This document shows positions 27,124 through 37,355 of a DNA stretch of 64,000 nucleotides, one piece after another. Where the stretch lies: assembly GCA_965206595.1 (NCBI GenBank), contig OZ242214.1:3808001-3872000 (forward strand), given 5' to 3'. The translations under genes were made by a program, and so were the position numbers. The notes below the pieces were generated by a model that saw nothing but the letters and a program-made list of their open reading frames with translations, ran no database searches and was not told the DNA's origin. The DNA comes from Candidatus Latescibacterota bacterium (GTDB lineage: Bacteria; Latescibacterota; UBA2968; UBA8231). Position 1 is the stretch's first letter; every line of letters starts with the position of its first letter.

Positions 27124-28383
27124 ATGGCGTCCACCTCAACCCCGCTGCCCGGCTGTCCAGTCTCGGGACCACCTCCGAGCGAGGGCGAGATCGAGTGCCG
27201 CAGCCTCCAACCTGCGGATTACCCAGTTGTAAAAGAGATTGTCGCCGCATCTTTCCCCCAGGCAGTACAGGCGAACCCGCAAGTCCTGGAATCCTATGAA
27301 CAGGAACCATGGTACGATCCTGCCCACCTTTTCGTTGCCGTCGTCGACGGCCAAGTGGCAAGCCACATGGGAGTTCGCGACGGTCTCCTGTGGTGTTCGG
27401 GTGTCGCTGTTCCCGCGGGGCTCGTCGGCGCGGTATGCACGGCGCCCCCTCTCCGCGGCCGGGGTATCGGGGCGCAGCTGATGCGCGCCTCCTTCGCCGT
27501 CATGAAGCGCCGCGGTCTGGCCGTTTCATATCTGCACACATCCCCCGAACGCTACCGGTTCTACAACCGCCTGCGCTACAGGAAGGCCATCCTCGAGAGC
27601 CCGCGCCTCGTCATCGATCTCGACAGAGCCGGCCTTGACATTGATCTCGAAGGGGCCCAGCATGCAGAACCGCGAACCGCGACCGCTGCAGATGCCCAGA
27701 CTCTCAACGGGATCTACGCCGCTCATTACAGTCAGGTCAGCGGATCATGGTCGAGGACGGTGCCGTTTTGGGAGCGCAGGCTGCTGCAGAAGCCGAAGCT
27801 CTTCGGGGCACAGCCCACAGCCTTCCGCGTCGCCGGCGGCCACCGGCCAGTGGCCTATGCCGCCCTGCTCGAAGCGGCGGCCACGGGCACGGTCAGCGAG
27901 TGGGGATGTCTGCCCGGTGCCGGGGATGTCGCCGCGGGGTTGCTGCAGACCACGTTGCGGGACTGGCGAAACCGGGGTGTGCGGGTGGCCGAGCTGACGC
28001 TGTCTTCCCGCAATCCTCTGCGGCCGCGGATCGAGGATCTGTGCAGCGACCGGTCGGGGCACAGCGAAGTCTGGGTGCGGGTTCAGGACAGGGTCCTGTT
28101 CGTGCAACGGATCGCTCCGCTGCTCGACGCGCGCGCCATCGCTGCCGGGCTCAGTGTGAAGGTGCGGTTCTCCGGTGACGAAGGCACTCTGGAAGTCGGC
28201 AGAGGAGAGCCCCTGCAGCTGGAAATCGAAGACAGCGACCTCTTCTCCCTGGTGTACAACGGCCGCCGCCTGCCCGGTCTGATGGATGAAGGCGGCCTCA
28301 CCGCAACCCCCCGAGATCGTGCCATGCTGGCGCTGCTGTTTCCGGATACCGGCGCGGCGCGCTGTGCTCAGGACGCGTATTGA
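27124..28383 (+). CDS. GNAT N-acetyltransferase, Eis-like multi-domain
   Basis: VGAVCTAPPLRGRGIGAQLM acetyl-CoA motif, YRFYNRL, second degenerate GNAT and C-terminal SCP-like region. Confidence 0.8.
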   Translation: MASTSTPLPGCPVSGPPPSEGEIECRSLQPADYPVVKEIVAASFPQAVQANPQVLESYEQEPWYDPAHLFVAVVDGQVASHMGVRDGLLWCSGVAVPAGLVGAVCTAPPLRGRGIGAQLMRASFAVMKRRGLAVSYLHTSPERYRFYNRLRYRKAILESPRLVIDLDRAGLDIDLEGAQHAEPRTATAADAQTLNGIYAAHYSQVSGSWSRTVPFWERRLLQKPKLFGAQPTAFRVAGGHRPVAYAALLEAAATGTVSEWGCLPGAGDVAAGLLQTTLRDWRNRGVRVAELTLSSRNPLRPRIEDLCSDRSGHSEVWVRVQDRVLFVQRIAPLLDARAIAAGLSVKVRFSGDEGTLEVGRGEPLQLEIEDSDLFSLVYNGRRLPGLMDEGGLTATPRDRAMLALLFPDTGAARCAQDAY

Positions 28384-28442
28384 GCCGCTCCTTTCCCCGG
28401 GCGCCTGCCTGTCGCGGGCCCCTTTTCTGAAGGCGTCGCAGC

Positions 28443-30377
28443 ATGTTCCCGAGTCCGTCTGAAAACGTCACGAAACGCTCATTTCTGATCGGAACGGCGG
28501 TGAGTGTTTTTGTTGGCGTGGGTGTGATATACGGGGAAAACGTCATTCGCGGGAGCCGCATGGCCCAGGACTTCGCCTCTCCCATAGCCCTGTTCATCCT
28601 CTTTGTCCTGGTGGCGGCGTTGAATCCGCTGATGGGTCGGTTGCACCGCCCCTGGCATCTTTCCGCCGCGGAGACAACCCTCGTCTACATCATGGCCCTG
28701 GCCGCGGCGACGATCCCCTCGATGGGGCTCACCTCTTTCTTCATTCCGTATTTGAGCGGCGCTCAGTATTACGCCACGCCGGAGAACAGGTGGGGAGAGA
28801 TTTTCATGTGGCACGTCCCGGACTGGCTGGTGCCGCAGGATCCCAAGGCGATCCAGGATTTCTACGAGGGGAACCCCGACGGGGCTATCGCCTGGGATGT
28901 GTGGCTGCCCCCGCTGATCTCGTGGGCGCCGTTCCTGCTGGCGCTGTTTCTGGTGATGATCGCCGTGATGGTCATTCTCAGACGGCAGTGGATGGACCAC
29001 GAGCGTCTGCAATACCCGCTGATGCAGCCATCGCTGGCGATGATCGCCCAGGAGAAAGGGAAGCTGCTGCCGCCCCTGTTCCGCAGGCTTTCTTTCTGGG
29101 TCGGCCTGAGCATTCCCTTCGCCGTCGGGTGTTTCATCGCCCTGCACCAATACGATCCCAGCGTACCCGACATCTCGCTGTACACGTCAATGCCGTTTTT
29201 ACAGCGCACGACAGTCCTCATCCCTCACCTGAGCTTTGCCACGATCGGCTTCACCTACTTCCTGAGCCGGGACATCTCCCTGGGAATCTGGTTGCTCAAC
29301 CTCATCGCCAAGCTGCAGGAAGGCGCCCTCCGATACCTGGGGATCACCGGCGACGAGACCATGGAATGGGTTACCGTACCCCTGTTGGGACACCAGAACA
29401 TGGGGGCCATGATCGTGTTCGTGCTCTGGGGTTTGTGGGTGGGCAGGAAGCATCTGCGCGCCGTCTTCCGCAAAGCCTTCCGGGGCGATGCCCGGGTGGA
29501 CGACAGTGAGGAGATGATGTCCTACCGGGCCGCCGTCTTCACCCTGCTGGGCGGGACCGGGTTCATGTGGTGGTGGCTGTGCAAGACGGGCCTGGCTCCC
29601 TGGTCCGCCGGTCTCACCCTGTTTGTCGCCTTCGTCATCTTCATCGGTCTGACACGGATGGTTACCGAGGGCGGGTTTTTCATCACCAGGGCGCCGATGA
29701 ACCCCGGAAATTTCATGGTTTCCGGCTTTGGGGTTCAGGCCCTGGGCGGGCCGGGGGTGACCGCATTGGGGTACACGTTCGTGTGGGCGGGTGAATTGCG
29801 GGTGTTCCTCATGGCCGCCTGTGCCAACGCCCTCAAGATTGCCGAACAGCACATCCGCGGCAGCCGGCGCACGCTTTTGTGGGCGATTCTGGTCGCTGTT
29901 CTCGTAAGCGCGGTCGGGTCGATCTGGATGCAGATGGCCGTGGGGTACAGCTACGGCGCCATCAACATGAGCGGTTTTTTTCGGGGCCTCGTGCACTACC
30001 CGTTCAACTTCACCGCGCGCAACCTGCTCAACGCGACCGGCCCCGTTTGGGAAGGTTGGATCTGGACCGTATACGGCGGCGGCTTGATGGGACTGCTGAT
30101 GTGGCTGAAACAGCGCTACCTGTGGTTTCCCATCCATCCGTTGAGCCTGCCGATCAGCTCCATGTGGATGACGGACTCGATCATGTTGAGCGTGTTCATT
30201 TCCTGGTCGATCAAGGGTCTGATCCTGAAATACGGAGGCTCACCTCTCTACCAGAAAGGCAAACCGTTCTTCATAGGTCTGGTCATCGGCCAGTTCTTCT
30301 CGATGGGGTTCTGGGTGGTCGTCGATTTCTTTACCGGAATGACCGACAACGTGGTCTTCAAGCTGATATACGAATAG
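28443..30377 (+). CDS. Multi-pass membrane protein, DUF6785/DUF6784-like (putative peptide/solute transporter)
   Basis: Many TM segments; YATPEN.W, LRRQWMDHERLQYPL, WFPIHPL, FISWSIK..ILKYGG..LY.K.KPFFIGL. Confidence 0.7.
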   Translation: MFPSPSENVTKRSFLIGTAVSVFVGVGVIYGENVIRGSRMAQDFASPIALFILFVLVAALNPLMGRLHRPWHLSAAETTLVYIMALAAATIPSMGLTSFFIPYLSGAQYYATPENRWGEIFMWHVPDWLVPQDPKAIQDFYEGNPDGAIAWDVWLPPLISWAPFLLALFLVMIAVMVILRRQWMDHERLQYPLMQPSLAMIAQEKGKLLPPLFRRLSFWVGLSIPFAVGCFIALHQYDPSVPDISLYTSMPFLQRTTVLIPHLSFATIGFTYFLSRDISLGIWLLNLIAKLQEGALRYLGITGDETMEWVTVPLLGHQNMGAMIVFVLWGLWVGRKHLRAVFRKAFRGDARVDDSEEMMSYRAAVFTLLGGTGFMWWWLCKTGLAPWSAGLTLFVAFVIFIGLTRMVTEGGFFITRAPMNPGNFMVSGFGVQALGGPGVTALGYTFVWAGELRVFLMAACANALKIAEQHIRGSRRTLLWAILVAVLVSAVGSIWMQMAVGYSYGAINMSGFFRGLVHYPFNFTARNLLNATGPVWEGWIWTVYGGGLMGLLMWLKQRYLWFPIHPLSLPISSMWMTDSIMLSVFISWSIKGLILKYGGSPLYQKGKPFFIGLVIGQFFSMGFWVVVDFFTGMTDNVVFKLIYE

Positions 30378-30486
30378 CGGAGGAGGGCCGGGAAAACCGA
30401 GTCCGGGGTTTCGCGCGAGCGCGCGAGTACGGCGACCTGACTGCGTGACAATCCCTTCCCTGCTGCCCATGAAACAGAAGCAGGAG

Positions 30487-31428
30487 TCAGCTTTGTGCGT
30501 GGATTCCGGTTTCGTCGGCAACGACCGGTACGGGATCGGTTATGTAGTCGTCTCCGTCTCCGTTCACGGTCAGCACGACCGTGCCCAGGAGAAACCGCTC
30601 GTCGCCGAACTGCACCAGCTGGCAGGCATACGGATTGGGGGCCTGCGGATGGACGTCCCCCGTTCCGTGTATGGAGAACGGACCGCGAGGCGACGGGCCG
30701 ACCATCGAGTAGTCGCTGTTCTTGAATTCATGGCCGAAGTGCTTGTCGCGAAACTCCGGCAGGATGACGCGAAGGAAGGTCGCGAACAGGAGATAGTAAT
30801 GCCCGCCGATGCCATACACCTGGGGGACTTCGATCTCCTCGGTCATGACGTCGACGACGAGGGGCTGCTCCAGCTTCCAGTCGAGCATGTCCGTCGACGA
30901 GGCCACGGCGACACAGCCCTGGCCGTCGCTTTGGGTACGCGCGCAGACGTACTGGAGCACGCGGTCGCCGCAATCCAGCAGGAAGGGATCGCGCCAGTGC
31001 CCCATCGCCCGTTCGCCCGTGCCGATCTTCTCGTAGACGACGCCGTCGGCCTGCGTCACCGGGTTGCCCTCGGCCTTGGTCCAAGCCCTCAGGTCGTCGG
31101 ACACCGCCATGCCGACCCGTTGCACAAGGTGGGGGTCGTTGCGGCGGATGCCGGTGTAGGCCATCCAGAACCGGCCGCCGCGCTCGATGACGGAGCCGGT
31201 CGCCAGCTTCTTGCCGTCCCAGGCGTCGCCGGCACCCCGCTCCAGCGCCAGACCGACGTACTCCCAGTTGACGAGATCCCCGCTGACGGCGTGGCCGATG
31301 TCCCAGTTCCACCAGCGCTCGTCGAGAGGGAGGCTGTCGGGTGCGGTCAGGAAATAACAGTGGGCCTGCTGGCCCGCGTCGACGAAGTACCAGGCGTCGC
31401 CGATGTAGTTGCCGGGTAAGCTGAACAC
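30487..31428 (-). CDS. GH32-like five-bladed beta-propeller glycosidase
   Basis: [31 protein letters not shown] (catalytic D/D/E present). Confidence 0.75.
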   Translation of the reverse strand: MFSLPGNYIGDAWYFVDAGQQAHCYFLTAPDSLPLDERWWNWDIGHAVSGDLVNWEYVGLALERGAGDAWDGKKLATGSVIERGGRFWMAYTGIRRNDPHLVQRVGMAVSDDLRAWTKAEGNPVTQADGVVYEKIGTGERAMGHWRDPFLLDCGDRVLQYVCARTQSDGQGCVAVASSTDMLDWKLEQPLVVDVMTEEIEVPQVYGIGGHYYLLFATFLRVILPEFRDKHFGHEFKNSDYSMVGPSPRGPFSIHGTGDVHPQAPNPYACQLVQFGDERFLLGTVVLTVNGDGDDYITDPVPVVADETGIHAQS

Positions 31429-31469
31429 GTCAGTATCCGCCTCCTGTTCGGGGAGTTGGGAGAGAATGC

Positions 31470-32009
31470 ATGGCTGATCCAGGACACCTCGCCCTGATCG
31501 ATCGGGGCCCTGACTCGTGGAACCAGTGGCGCCGGGACAATCCCGACACGGTTCCCGACCTGCGCGCCGCTCATCTCCGCGGCGCCACCCTTTGCGGCAT
31601 GGACCTGTCAGGCGCCAGGTTGTCTGTCGCCATCCTTCGCGGCGCCGACCTGACCGGCGCCAACCTGCGCCATGCGGACCTGAGCAGTGCCAATCTCGAT
31701 AGCGTCATCCTCCGTGGAGCCGATCTGACCGGGTCCGATCTCAGAGGCGCCAATCTGACGGGCGGCGACCTGCGGCGGGCGGATTTGGGCGGCGTCGACC
31801 TGCGCAGCGGCATCCTCAACAGGGCCGACCTCGAAGAGGCCGACCTGTCCGGGGCCAACCTCGGCAGCACCCTGCTGTACAACCCCGGGAACCTGACGAT
31901 CGCACAGCTGTGCAGCGCCGGATCGCTGTGGCTGACGGAACTGCACGAGCGCATGAGCCTGGTCGAAAACCACTGCCCCCACCTGCTGGAGCCGCCCGGG
32001 TCCGGCTGA
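31470..32009 (+). CDS. Pentapeptide repeat protein
   Basis: WNQWR..NP...PDL leader and many A(D/N)Lxx repeats. Confidence 0.9.
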   Translation: MADPGHLALIDRGPDSWNQWRRDNPDTVPDLRAAHLRGATLCGMDLSGARLSVAILRGADLTGANLRHADLSSANLDSVILRGADLTGSDLRGANLTGGDLRRADLGGVDLRSGILNRADLEEADLSGANLGSTLLYNPGNLTIAQLCSAGSLWLTELHERMSLVENHCPHLLEPPGSG

Positions 32010-32154
32010 CGAGCTCCTGCGCCCCAGGCGTGCTTGTCGGGTGCGGCTGACCGCCCTCCCGCGCCCCGGCCTGCTCCGCCGAGGCCGGGAATTTCCCCGG
32101 CGAGCCAAACCCGCTCCGGTGCCGGGCCCGGTGCCTGCGCGCGGCCACCCCCGA

Positions 32155-33621
32155 TCATGACAGCCAGAAGGAGTAGAGGCTGGCGCGGCGAAGATGGAAT
32201 CTCAGACGGATGGGTCTTGCACCGAATGCGGCATGGCTCCCCTCCCCCCACCGGATCTCCCCCGCGAGTCGATCGCCGCGCAGGGCCACGCACTCCCCGG
32301 CCGACCTGCCCGGCAGCGGACGGAGGCTGCCGGCGTCAACCACCTCGACCGCGATCTCACCGCCGGCCACCACGGCAGCGTTCACGCACAGGCTCCCTTG
32401 TGTCCATCTGAAGGGCTTCGTGACCATTTCGCCGGCATCGGCGGCAACCGGATCGAAGGAGACGAAACCGTCCCGCCGCAGCCTGGCAAGGCAGATGACG
32501 GTGTTCGGATCGAAGAACGCGTCGTTGTAGATCGCCGCATCGAGATTTGCGAACAGGTCGCGGTGTCCGCGATAGCGACAGGCGATGTAGTAGATCCAAA
32601 GCTCCTCGTCCCGGACTATCGGGGCCCCGCACAGAGCGACCTGGGCGTTGCCGAAGTTGGCGCCCCCTTCCCAGGGTTCGACGCCGACGAATACCGCCCG
32701 GTCCGCGACCCGTTCCCATTTGCGGGCGTCGCGCGAGACGGCGAGCTCGACCTGGTTCAGGCCGGTATGGTTGGATTGCGCTCCATCGGCGCCCGAGGGA
32801 TTGAAGAGCAGGGGAAAGCCGACGTAGAGACCTTCGTACGGCAGGACCGGCATCATGTAGAGCTGGGCCAGGTAGTCGCGGCCATCGACCACGGGTGGCG
32901 ACAGGTAGGCGGGATCGTCGACGACGGCCTGAATTCTGCGTTTGCGGTTTTCCCGGTCGATCTCGTCGGTGTGGAGGACGAGCTCCGGATCCGTCCAGTC
33001 GCCGCAGTCCGGGCTGGTCGACAGAAAGGCGGATCTCCCCCACTCGGTGCGGTGCTTGACGATAGCGAGATAGCGGTTTCCGATATCGTCGTACACGAGG
33101 GACGAAGTGTCCTGGCTGGGAATGGGCGGCCCCTGCGAGATCTCCCACATGAAACCGTCCGCCGACACCCCCGGATAGCGGTCCATGTTGTCGCTGTCGC
33201 TGAACAATCCCTTGTAGCGCCGCCGGGGGTCGGCTTCGGCCTGGTCGCGGATGACGTGGCAGAGGTTCATCATGCCGGAGTCGAAGGCGACGTTGTTCGA
33301 TCTGGAACCGTTCCATTCGTACAATCCGACGACCGGTCTCTCCCAGTGGACGCCGTCGGCGGAGGTGGCGTAGAGAGTCACGTATTCCCCGGTAAAGTTG
33401 GTAATCCCTTTGTACCACCATTCCCAGCGACCCTTCTCCGGATCCCACTGCGGCACACTGCCGCTCTGCACGGCGCGCTCGCCCCGGGAGCGATCGGGCA
33501 TGATGACCGGCCCGGCTTTCACCGGCTGGTGCAGCACGCGCTGGAGCCCGGACGTCGATTCCACGGCGCCGTCGTCGAGAAACAGCTGCCGGTGTCGGAG
33601 TGGGTGAATTTCCGCGCTCAT
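32155..33621 (-). CDS. Putative five-bladed beta-propeller glycoside hydrolase (paralog of 58149-59741)
   Basis: RQLFLDD, YATSADGVHWERP, DPRRRYK, ELAVSRD..KWER, LARLRRDGFVS, LYSFW. Confidence 0.7.
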   Translation of the reverse strand: MSAEIHPLRHRQLFLDDGAVESTSGLQRVLHQPVKAGPVIMPDRSRGERAVQSGSVPQWDPEKGRWEWWYKGITNFTGEYVTLYATSADGVHWERPVVGLYEWNGSRSNNVAFDSGMMNLCHVIRDQAEADPRRRYKGLFSDSDNMDRYPGVSADGFMWEISQGPPIPSQDTSSLVYDDIGNRYLAIVKHRTEWGRSAFLSTSPDCGDWTDPELVLHTDEIDRENRKRRIQAVVDDPAYLSPPVVDGRDYLAQLYMMPVLPYEGLYVGFPLLFNPSGADGAQSNHTGLNQVELAVSRDARKWERVADRAVFVGVEPWEGGANFGNAQVALCGAPIVRDEELWIYYIACRYRGHRDLFANLDAAIYNDAFFDPNTVICLARLRRDGFVSFDPVAADAGEMVTKPFRWTQGSLCVNAAVVAGGEIAVEVVDAGSLRPLPGRSAGECVALRGDRLAGEIRWGEGSHAAFGARPIRLRFHLRRASLYSFWLS

Positions 33622-33721
33622 GGTCTTTGCGCCGGTTGCCGGGACTCGAGGTGCGAGGAGCAAAACAACGCCGGCAAGCTAACACGGGGTTCCGAAAGCG
33701 AAAAGCGGCGATTCGCGCAAA

Positions 33722-34777
33722 ATGCATTTCCACGGAGGTGGTGAATTGATTCGGGAAGCCGACACATTGTGGACCCGGGTGATCTGTGCGCAGCCCGGCC
33801 GTTACATCGGCTGGCCGACGATTGCGCGAACGTCGTCCGGCGAGCTGCTGGCCGTTTTCTCCGGCGACCGGGACGGACACATCTGCCCCTGGGGCAAAAC
33901 ACACCTGGTTCGATCCGGCGACGATGGCGAGACCTGGAGCGCTCCCGAAGTCATCCGCCATTCACCGCTCGACGACCGCGACGCCGGCATCATCGAGACC
34001 CGGCGGGGGACGTTGCTCGTCAGCTGGTTCACCTCGGTTGCCTTCGAGAGGGATGCCGCCTACCGGCAGCATGCCGCCACTCTCACTCCCGAGACCCGAA
34101 ACCGGTGGCTGGGAAACTGGGTGCAGCGTTCCGAGGATGGCGGCCTGACCTGGGGTGAGCCGATTCGGGTCAACGCCTCGGCGCCGCACGGTCCCGTTCA
34201 ACTGAGCGACGGCAGACTGCTCTACCTGGGCGTGGGCAGGCTCGAAGGTGAACGGACCATCGTAGCAGAAGAGTCGGCAGACGACGGCCGCACCTGGAAT
34301 GTCATCGGCACGGTGTCCCACCCGCCGGAGACGGCGCACCGGGGACTGGGAGAACCCCACCTTGTGGAGACGGCCGGTGGCAAGCTCGTCGGCCTGTTCC
34401 GCGTCGGCGGCGACAGGATGGAGGAGCGGTTCCTCCATCAGTCCGACAGTGAAGACGGCGGCAGAACCTGGACGCCGGCGCGAGTCACACCCATGCTCGG
34501 TTTTCCGCCGCATCTGATACGCCTGCAGGACGATCGATTGCTGGTCGCCTACGGCCGGCGGGTGTCGCCGTTCGGCGAGCGAGCTTGCCTGAGCAGCGAC
34601 GGTGGAGCCTCGTGGGATGTGCAAAACGAGCGCGTTGTCCAGACGGCACCTAATGACGACCTTGGCTACCCGGCGTCGGTGCAGCTGGCTGACGGCTCGA
34701 TCGTGACGATCTGCTACCAGCTCGATCGACCCACTGCCGAGACAACCTGCCTGATGGGTACCAGGTGGCGTCTCTGA
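33722..34777 (+). CDS. Sialidase-like/BNR Asp-box protein
   Basis: Five Asp-boxes (SGDDGETW, SEDGGLTW, SADDGRTW, SEDGGRTW, SSDGGASW); LDDRD; DLGYPASVQL. Confidence 0.85.
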   Translation: MHFHGGGELIREADTLWTRVICAQPGRYIGWPTIARTSSGELLAVFSGDRDGHICPWGKTHLVRSGDDGETWSAPEVIRHSPLDDRDAGIIETRRGTLLVSWFTSVAFERDAAYRQHAATLTPETRNRWLGNWVQRSEDGGLTWGEPIRVNASAPHGPVQLSDGRLLYLGVGRLEGERTIVAEESADDGRTWNVIGTVSHPPETAHRGLGEPHLVETAGGKLVGLFRVGGDRMEERFLHQSDSEDGGRTWTPARVTPMLGFPPHLIRLQDDRLLVAYGRRVSPFGERACLSSDGGASWDVQNERVVQTAPNDDLGYPASVQLADGSIVTICYQLDRPTAETTCLMGTRWRL

Positions 34778-34874
34778 TCCACCATCACTCACCGGGGTAA
34801 ACAGTATGATACCGTCCGGCAGTTGCGCGACCTTCCAAACTCCGACAGATAGGGCGAGTAAAAAGGAGCTCTGA

Positions 34875-35738
34875 ATGGAAAAAACCACCAGGCTGGGCTC
34901 CACGGACCTCGAGGTCAGCAGGCATGGATTCGGAGCCGCCCGTATCGGAGACGGGGTGCCGCTCGATCAAATAGAGAGCACCCTCGACAGCCTTCAGGAT
35001 CTCGGCATAACCTTCATCGACACGGCGGATTGCTACAACGAGAGCGAGGTGCTCATCGGGCGCTTTCTCGGCGACCGGCTCGGCGAGTTCGCCGTCGCCA
35101 CCAAATGCGGTTGCGTCACGGGGGATGAAGAGGGCGAGCCGTATTCGCGCGCCGTTATCGAGCGAAGCATCGACCGCTCGCTCGAACGCATGCACCTCGA
35201 ATGTCTCGACCTCGTCTTCCTGCACACCTGCCCGGCGGAGGTCCTGCGGGCCGGGGAAGCCCCCGACGCCCTGATGCGCGCCCGCGATGCCGGCAAGGTC
35301 CGCTACACGGGGTACAGCGGCGATGACGACGATGCCCTGCAGGCGATCTCGATGGGCGTCTTCGATGCCCTTCAGGTGACCTTCAACATCATCAGCCAGC
35401 AAGCGCTGGACGAAGTCCTGCCGGCGGCCCATCGGGCAGGCATGGGCGTCGTCGCCAAGCGCCCGATTGCCAACGCCAGGCTGCTGCAACCGGACTCGCC
35501 CCAATTCCACGGGGGCCCCCACTGGGATCCGGTCCGCCAGTTGCTGAATGACGAGGGGGCGTGGGACGATCCCCTCGAGTGCGCCCTGCGCTTCACCCTG
35601 TCGCACCCGGTCATCGACTCGGCCATCATCGGCACGACGAAGGCCGGCCACGCCCGTGAAAACGCCGGGAGAGCCGCGGCCGATGCCCTGTCTCCGGAGC
35701 TCCTCGACGCTCTGCATGCACTGCGGCCGGCGGATTGA
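34875..35738 (+). CDS. Aldo/keto reductase (paralog of 627-1550)
   Basis: LGSTDLEVSR, FIDTADCY.ESE, ATKCG, LDLVFLH; AGGAG RBS. Confidence 0.9.
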   Translation: MEKTTRLGSTDLEVSRHGFGAARIGDGVPLDQIESTLDSLQDLGITFIDTADCYNESEVLIGRFLGDRLGEFAVATKCGCVTGDEEGEPYSRAVIERSIDRSLERMHLECLDLVFLHTCPAEVLRAGEAPDALMRARDAGKVRYTGYSGDDDDALQAISMGVFDALQVTFNIISQQALDEVLPAAHRAGMGVVAKRPIANARLLQPDSPQFHGGPHWDPVRQLLNDEGAWDDPLECALRFTLSHPVIDSAIIGTTKAGHARENAGRAAADALSPELLDALHALRPAD

Positions 35739-35741
35739 CCC

Positions 35742-37355
35742 ATGCCCGTTCCCCCCGACTACCGGATCGTCTACAACTGGGATGGCGCCCCGCACGGCTA
35801 TTCGCCGGCTCCCCAGTCGCGGGACGATTTTCTCGAAAAGGTGTACGCGCCCCTCGAAGACACCCAGGTGGGAGCCCTGTTCTGGAGCACCGGCGGACAA
35901 GGGTCGCGCTGGCCCAGCTCGGTCCTGGAGTATATCGGCGAACACCGGGAACGCCCCTACCCCAGTGCCGGCGCCTTCAACGGTACTGAGAACATCCTGC
36001 GGATGTACGACCGCGGCGAAGATCCCCAGCAGGCCCTGATCGCCCGCGGGCACGAGCTCGGCCTGCATGTGTACGCCTCGGTGCGCATGAACGACAACCA
36101 TTTCGGCGGGGCCCAGGTCGGTGACCTGGGGGCGCTGCTCGAGGCCCACCGGGTCGAGCCCTTGCGCGCCGATCACCCGGAGTGGGTGCTCGGAGACCGC
36201 ACTTCCGAGTGGTTTGCCCTGTCGTGGAACATGGCCGTGCCCGAGATCCGCCAGCGTCGCTTCGACGCCGTCGAGGAGACCTGCCGCCGCTACGACTGGG
36301 ACGGCGTCGAGCTCGACTGGCAGCGTCACGCCTTCCATTTCCCGGACCACGAGGGATACCGGCTGCGCTACCTGCTCACCGATCTGCAGCGCGCTGTCCG
36401 TCGTATGACCGATGCCCTGGGAAAAGAGCGCGGCCGCCCCGTCTACCTGGCAGCCCGTGTCGCCGGATCCCTCGAGATGTGCCGCCGTATCGGGTACGAC
36501 ATCCCCGCCTGGGTCGAGGAGGGACTCGTCGACATCATCGTTCCCGCGGGCAACGCCGTCACCGATGCCGACATCGATGTCGCCGGATTCGCCGGGTTGT
36601 GCGCGGGCACGGAGATCGCCGTCTACCCCGGCTTCGACAGCAATCTCCCGGATCCGTTCGTCGGTCCGGAAGAGCCGGACGACAAGGACCGCCTGCGCAC
36701 CCGGGCCATCGCCAGCCGTTATCACCGGGCGGGTGCGTCGGGTATCTACGTCTTCAACTGGCATGCCGACCGCGATTCGAAGCGGCCGTTGCTGACGGCC
36801 ATCGGCTCTGCCGAAACCCTGGCCGGCACGGACAAGATCTACGCCGCCACCCATCGCTACATACAGCACGCCGGGGCCTGGCGCGGCGCCTTCCGCATCG
36901 ACCGCATCTACGGCCAGGTGCCCGTCCGGCTCGAGCGCACCCTGAGCGGTCACGGCCCTGTCGTCCGGCTCGACATCGCCGAGGATTTCGGCGCCCGCAA
37001 GCCGGAGGTGCTGCGCTTGAGACTGCGCCTGAACGAGTGGGTCAAGGGAGATGTCGTGCAGGCATGGTGGGACGGCGAAAGATTGGGACCACCTGAGATA
37101 GCCTACTGCCGGCTCGACGATCCCTCCCCACCGGGTGGAGCGTTTCAGCCGTTGCCCCGCTGGCGCGACATAGCCGAGGTGAGCAGTGCCGTGTGGCTGA
37201 GCTGGGATTTGGGTGCGGCCGCGGTCTCGCCGGGCGAGCATGCGGTACGTATCGACCTGCATGAGCGCCATCCGCAGGTCGCCTCATCCCTGACCCTCAC
37301 CGACGTCGAGCTCGTCGTTCGCTATCGGAAAAACTCCGGGAGCACTGAAAAATGA
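35742..37355 (+). CDS. GHL10-like TIM-barrel glycoside hydrolase-like protein
   Basis: IVYNWDG, YASVRMND.H, YDWDGVELDWQR, WVEEGLVD, GIYVFN; C-terminal beta-sandwich. Confidence 0.65.
   Translation: MPVPPDYRIVYNWDGAPHGYSPAPQSRDDFLEKVYAPLEDTQVGALFWSTGGQGSRWPSSVLEYIGEHRERPYPSAGAFNGTENILRMYDRGEDPQQALIARGHELGLHVYASVRMNDNHFGGAQVGDLGALLEAHRVEPLRADHPEWVLGDRTSEWFALSWNMAVPEIRQRRFDAVEETCRRYDWDGVELDWQRHAFHFPDHEGYRLRYLLTDLQRAVRRMTDALGKERGRPVYLAARVAGSLEMCRRIGYDIPAWVEEGLVDIIVPAGNAVTDADIDVAGFAGLCAGTEIAVYPGFDSNLPDPFVGPEEPDDKDRLRTRAIASRYHRAGASGIYVFNWHADRDSKRPLLTAIGSAETLAGTDKIYAATHRYIQHAGAWRGAFRIDRIYGQVPVRLERTLSGHGPVVRLDIAEDFGARKPEVLRLRLRLNEWVKGDVVQAWWDGERLGPPEIAYCRLDDPSPPGGAFQPLPRWRDIAEVSSAVWLSWDLGAAAVSPGEHAVRIDLHERHPQVASSLTLTDVELVVRYRKNSGSTEK

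Noticed and set aside
31560-31870. Periodic nucleotide repeats
   Set aside because: Fully explained by the pentapeptide-repeat coding sequence
34785-37271. 828-aa minus-strand ORF
   Set aside because: Antisense shadow of the aldo/keto reductase and GHL10-like genes in high-GC DNA; no motifs
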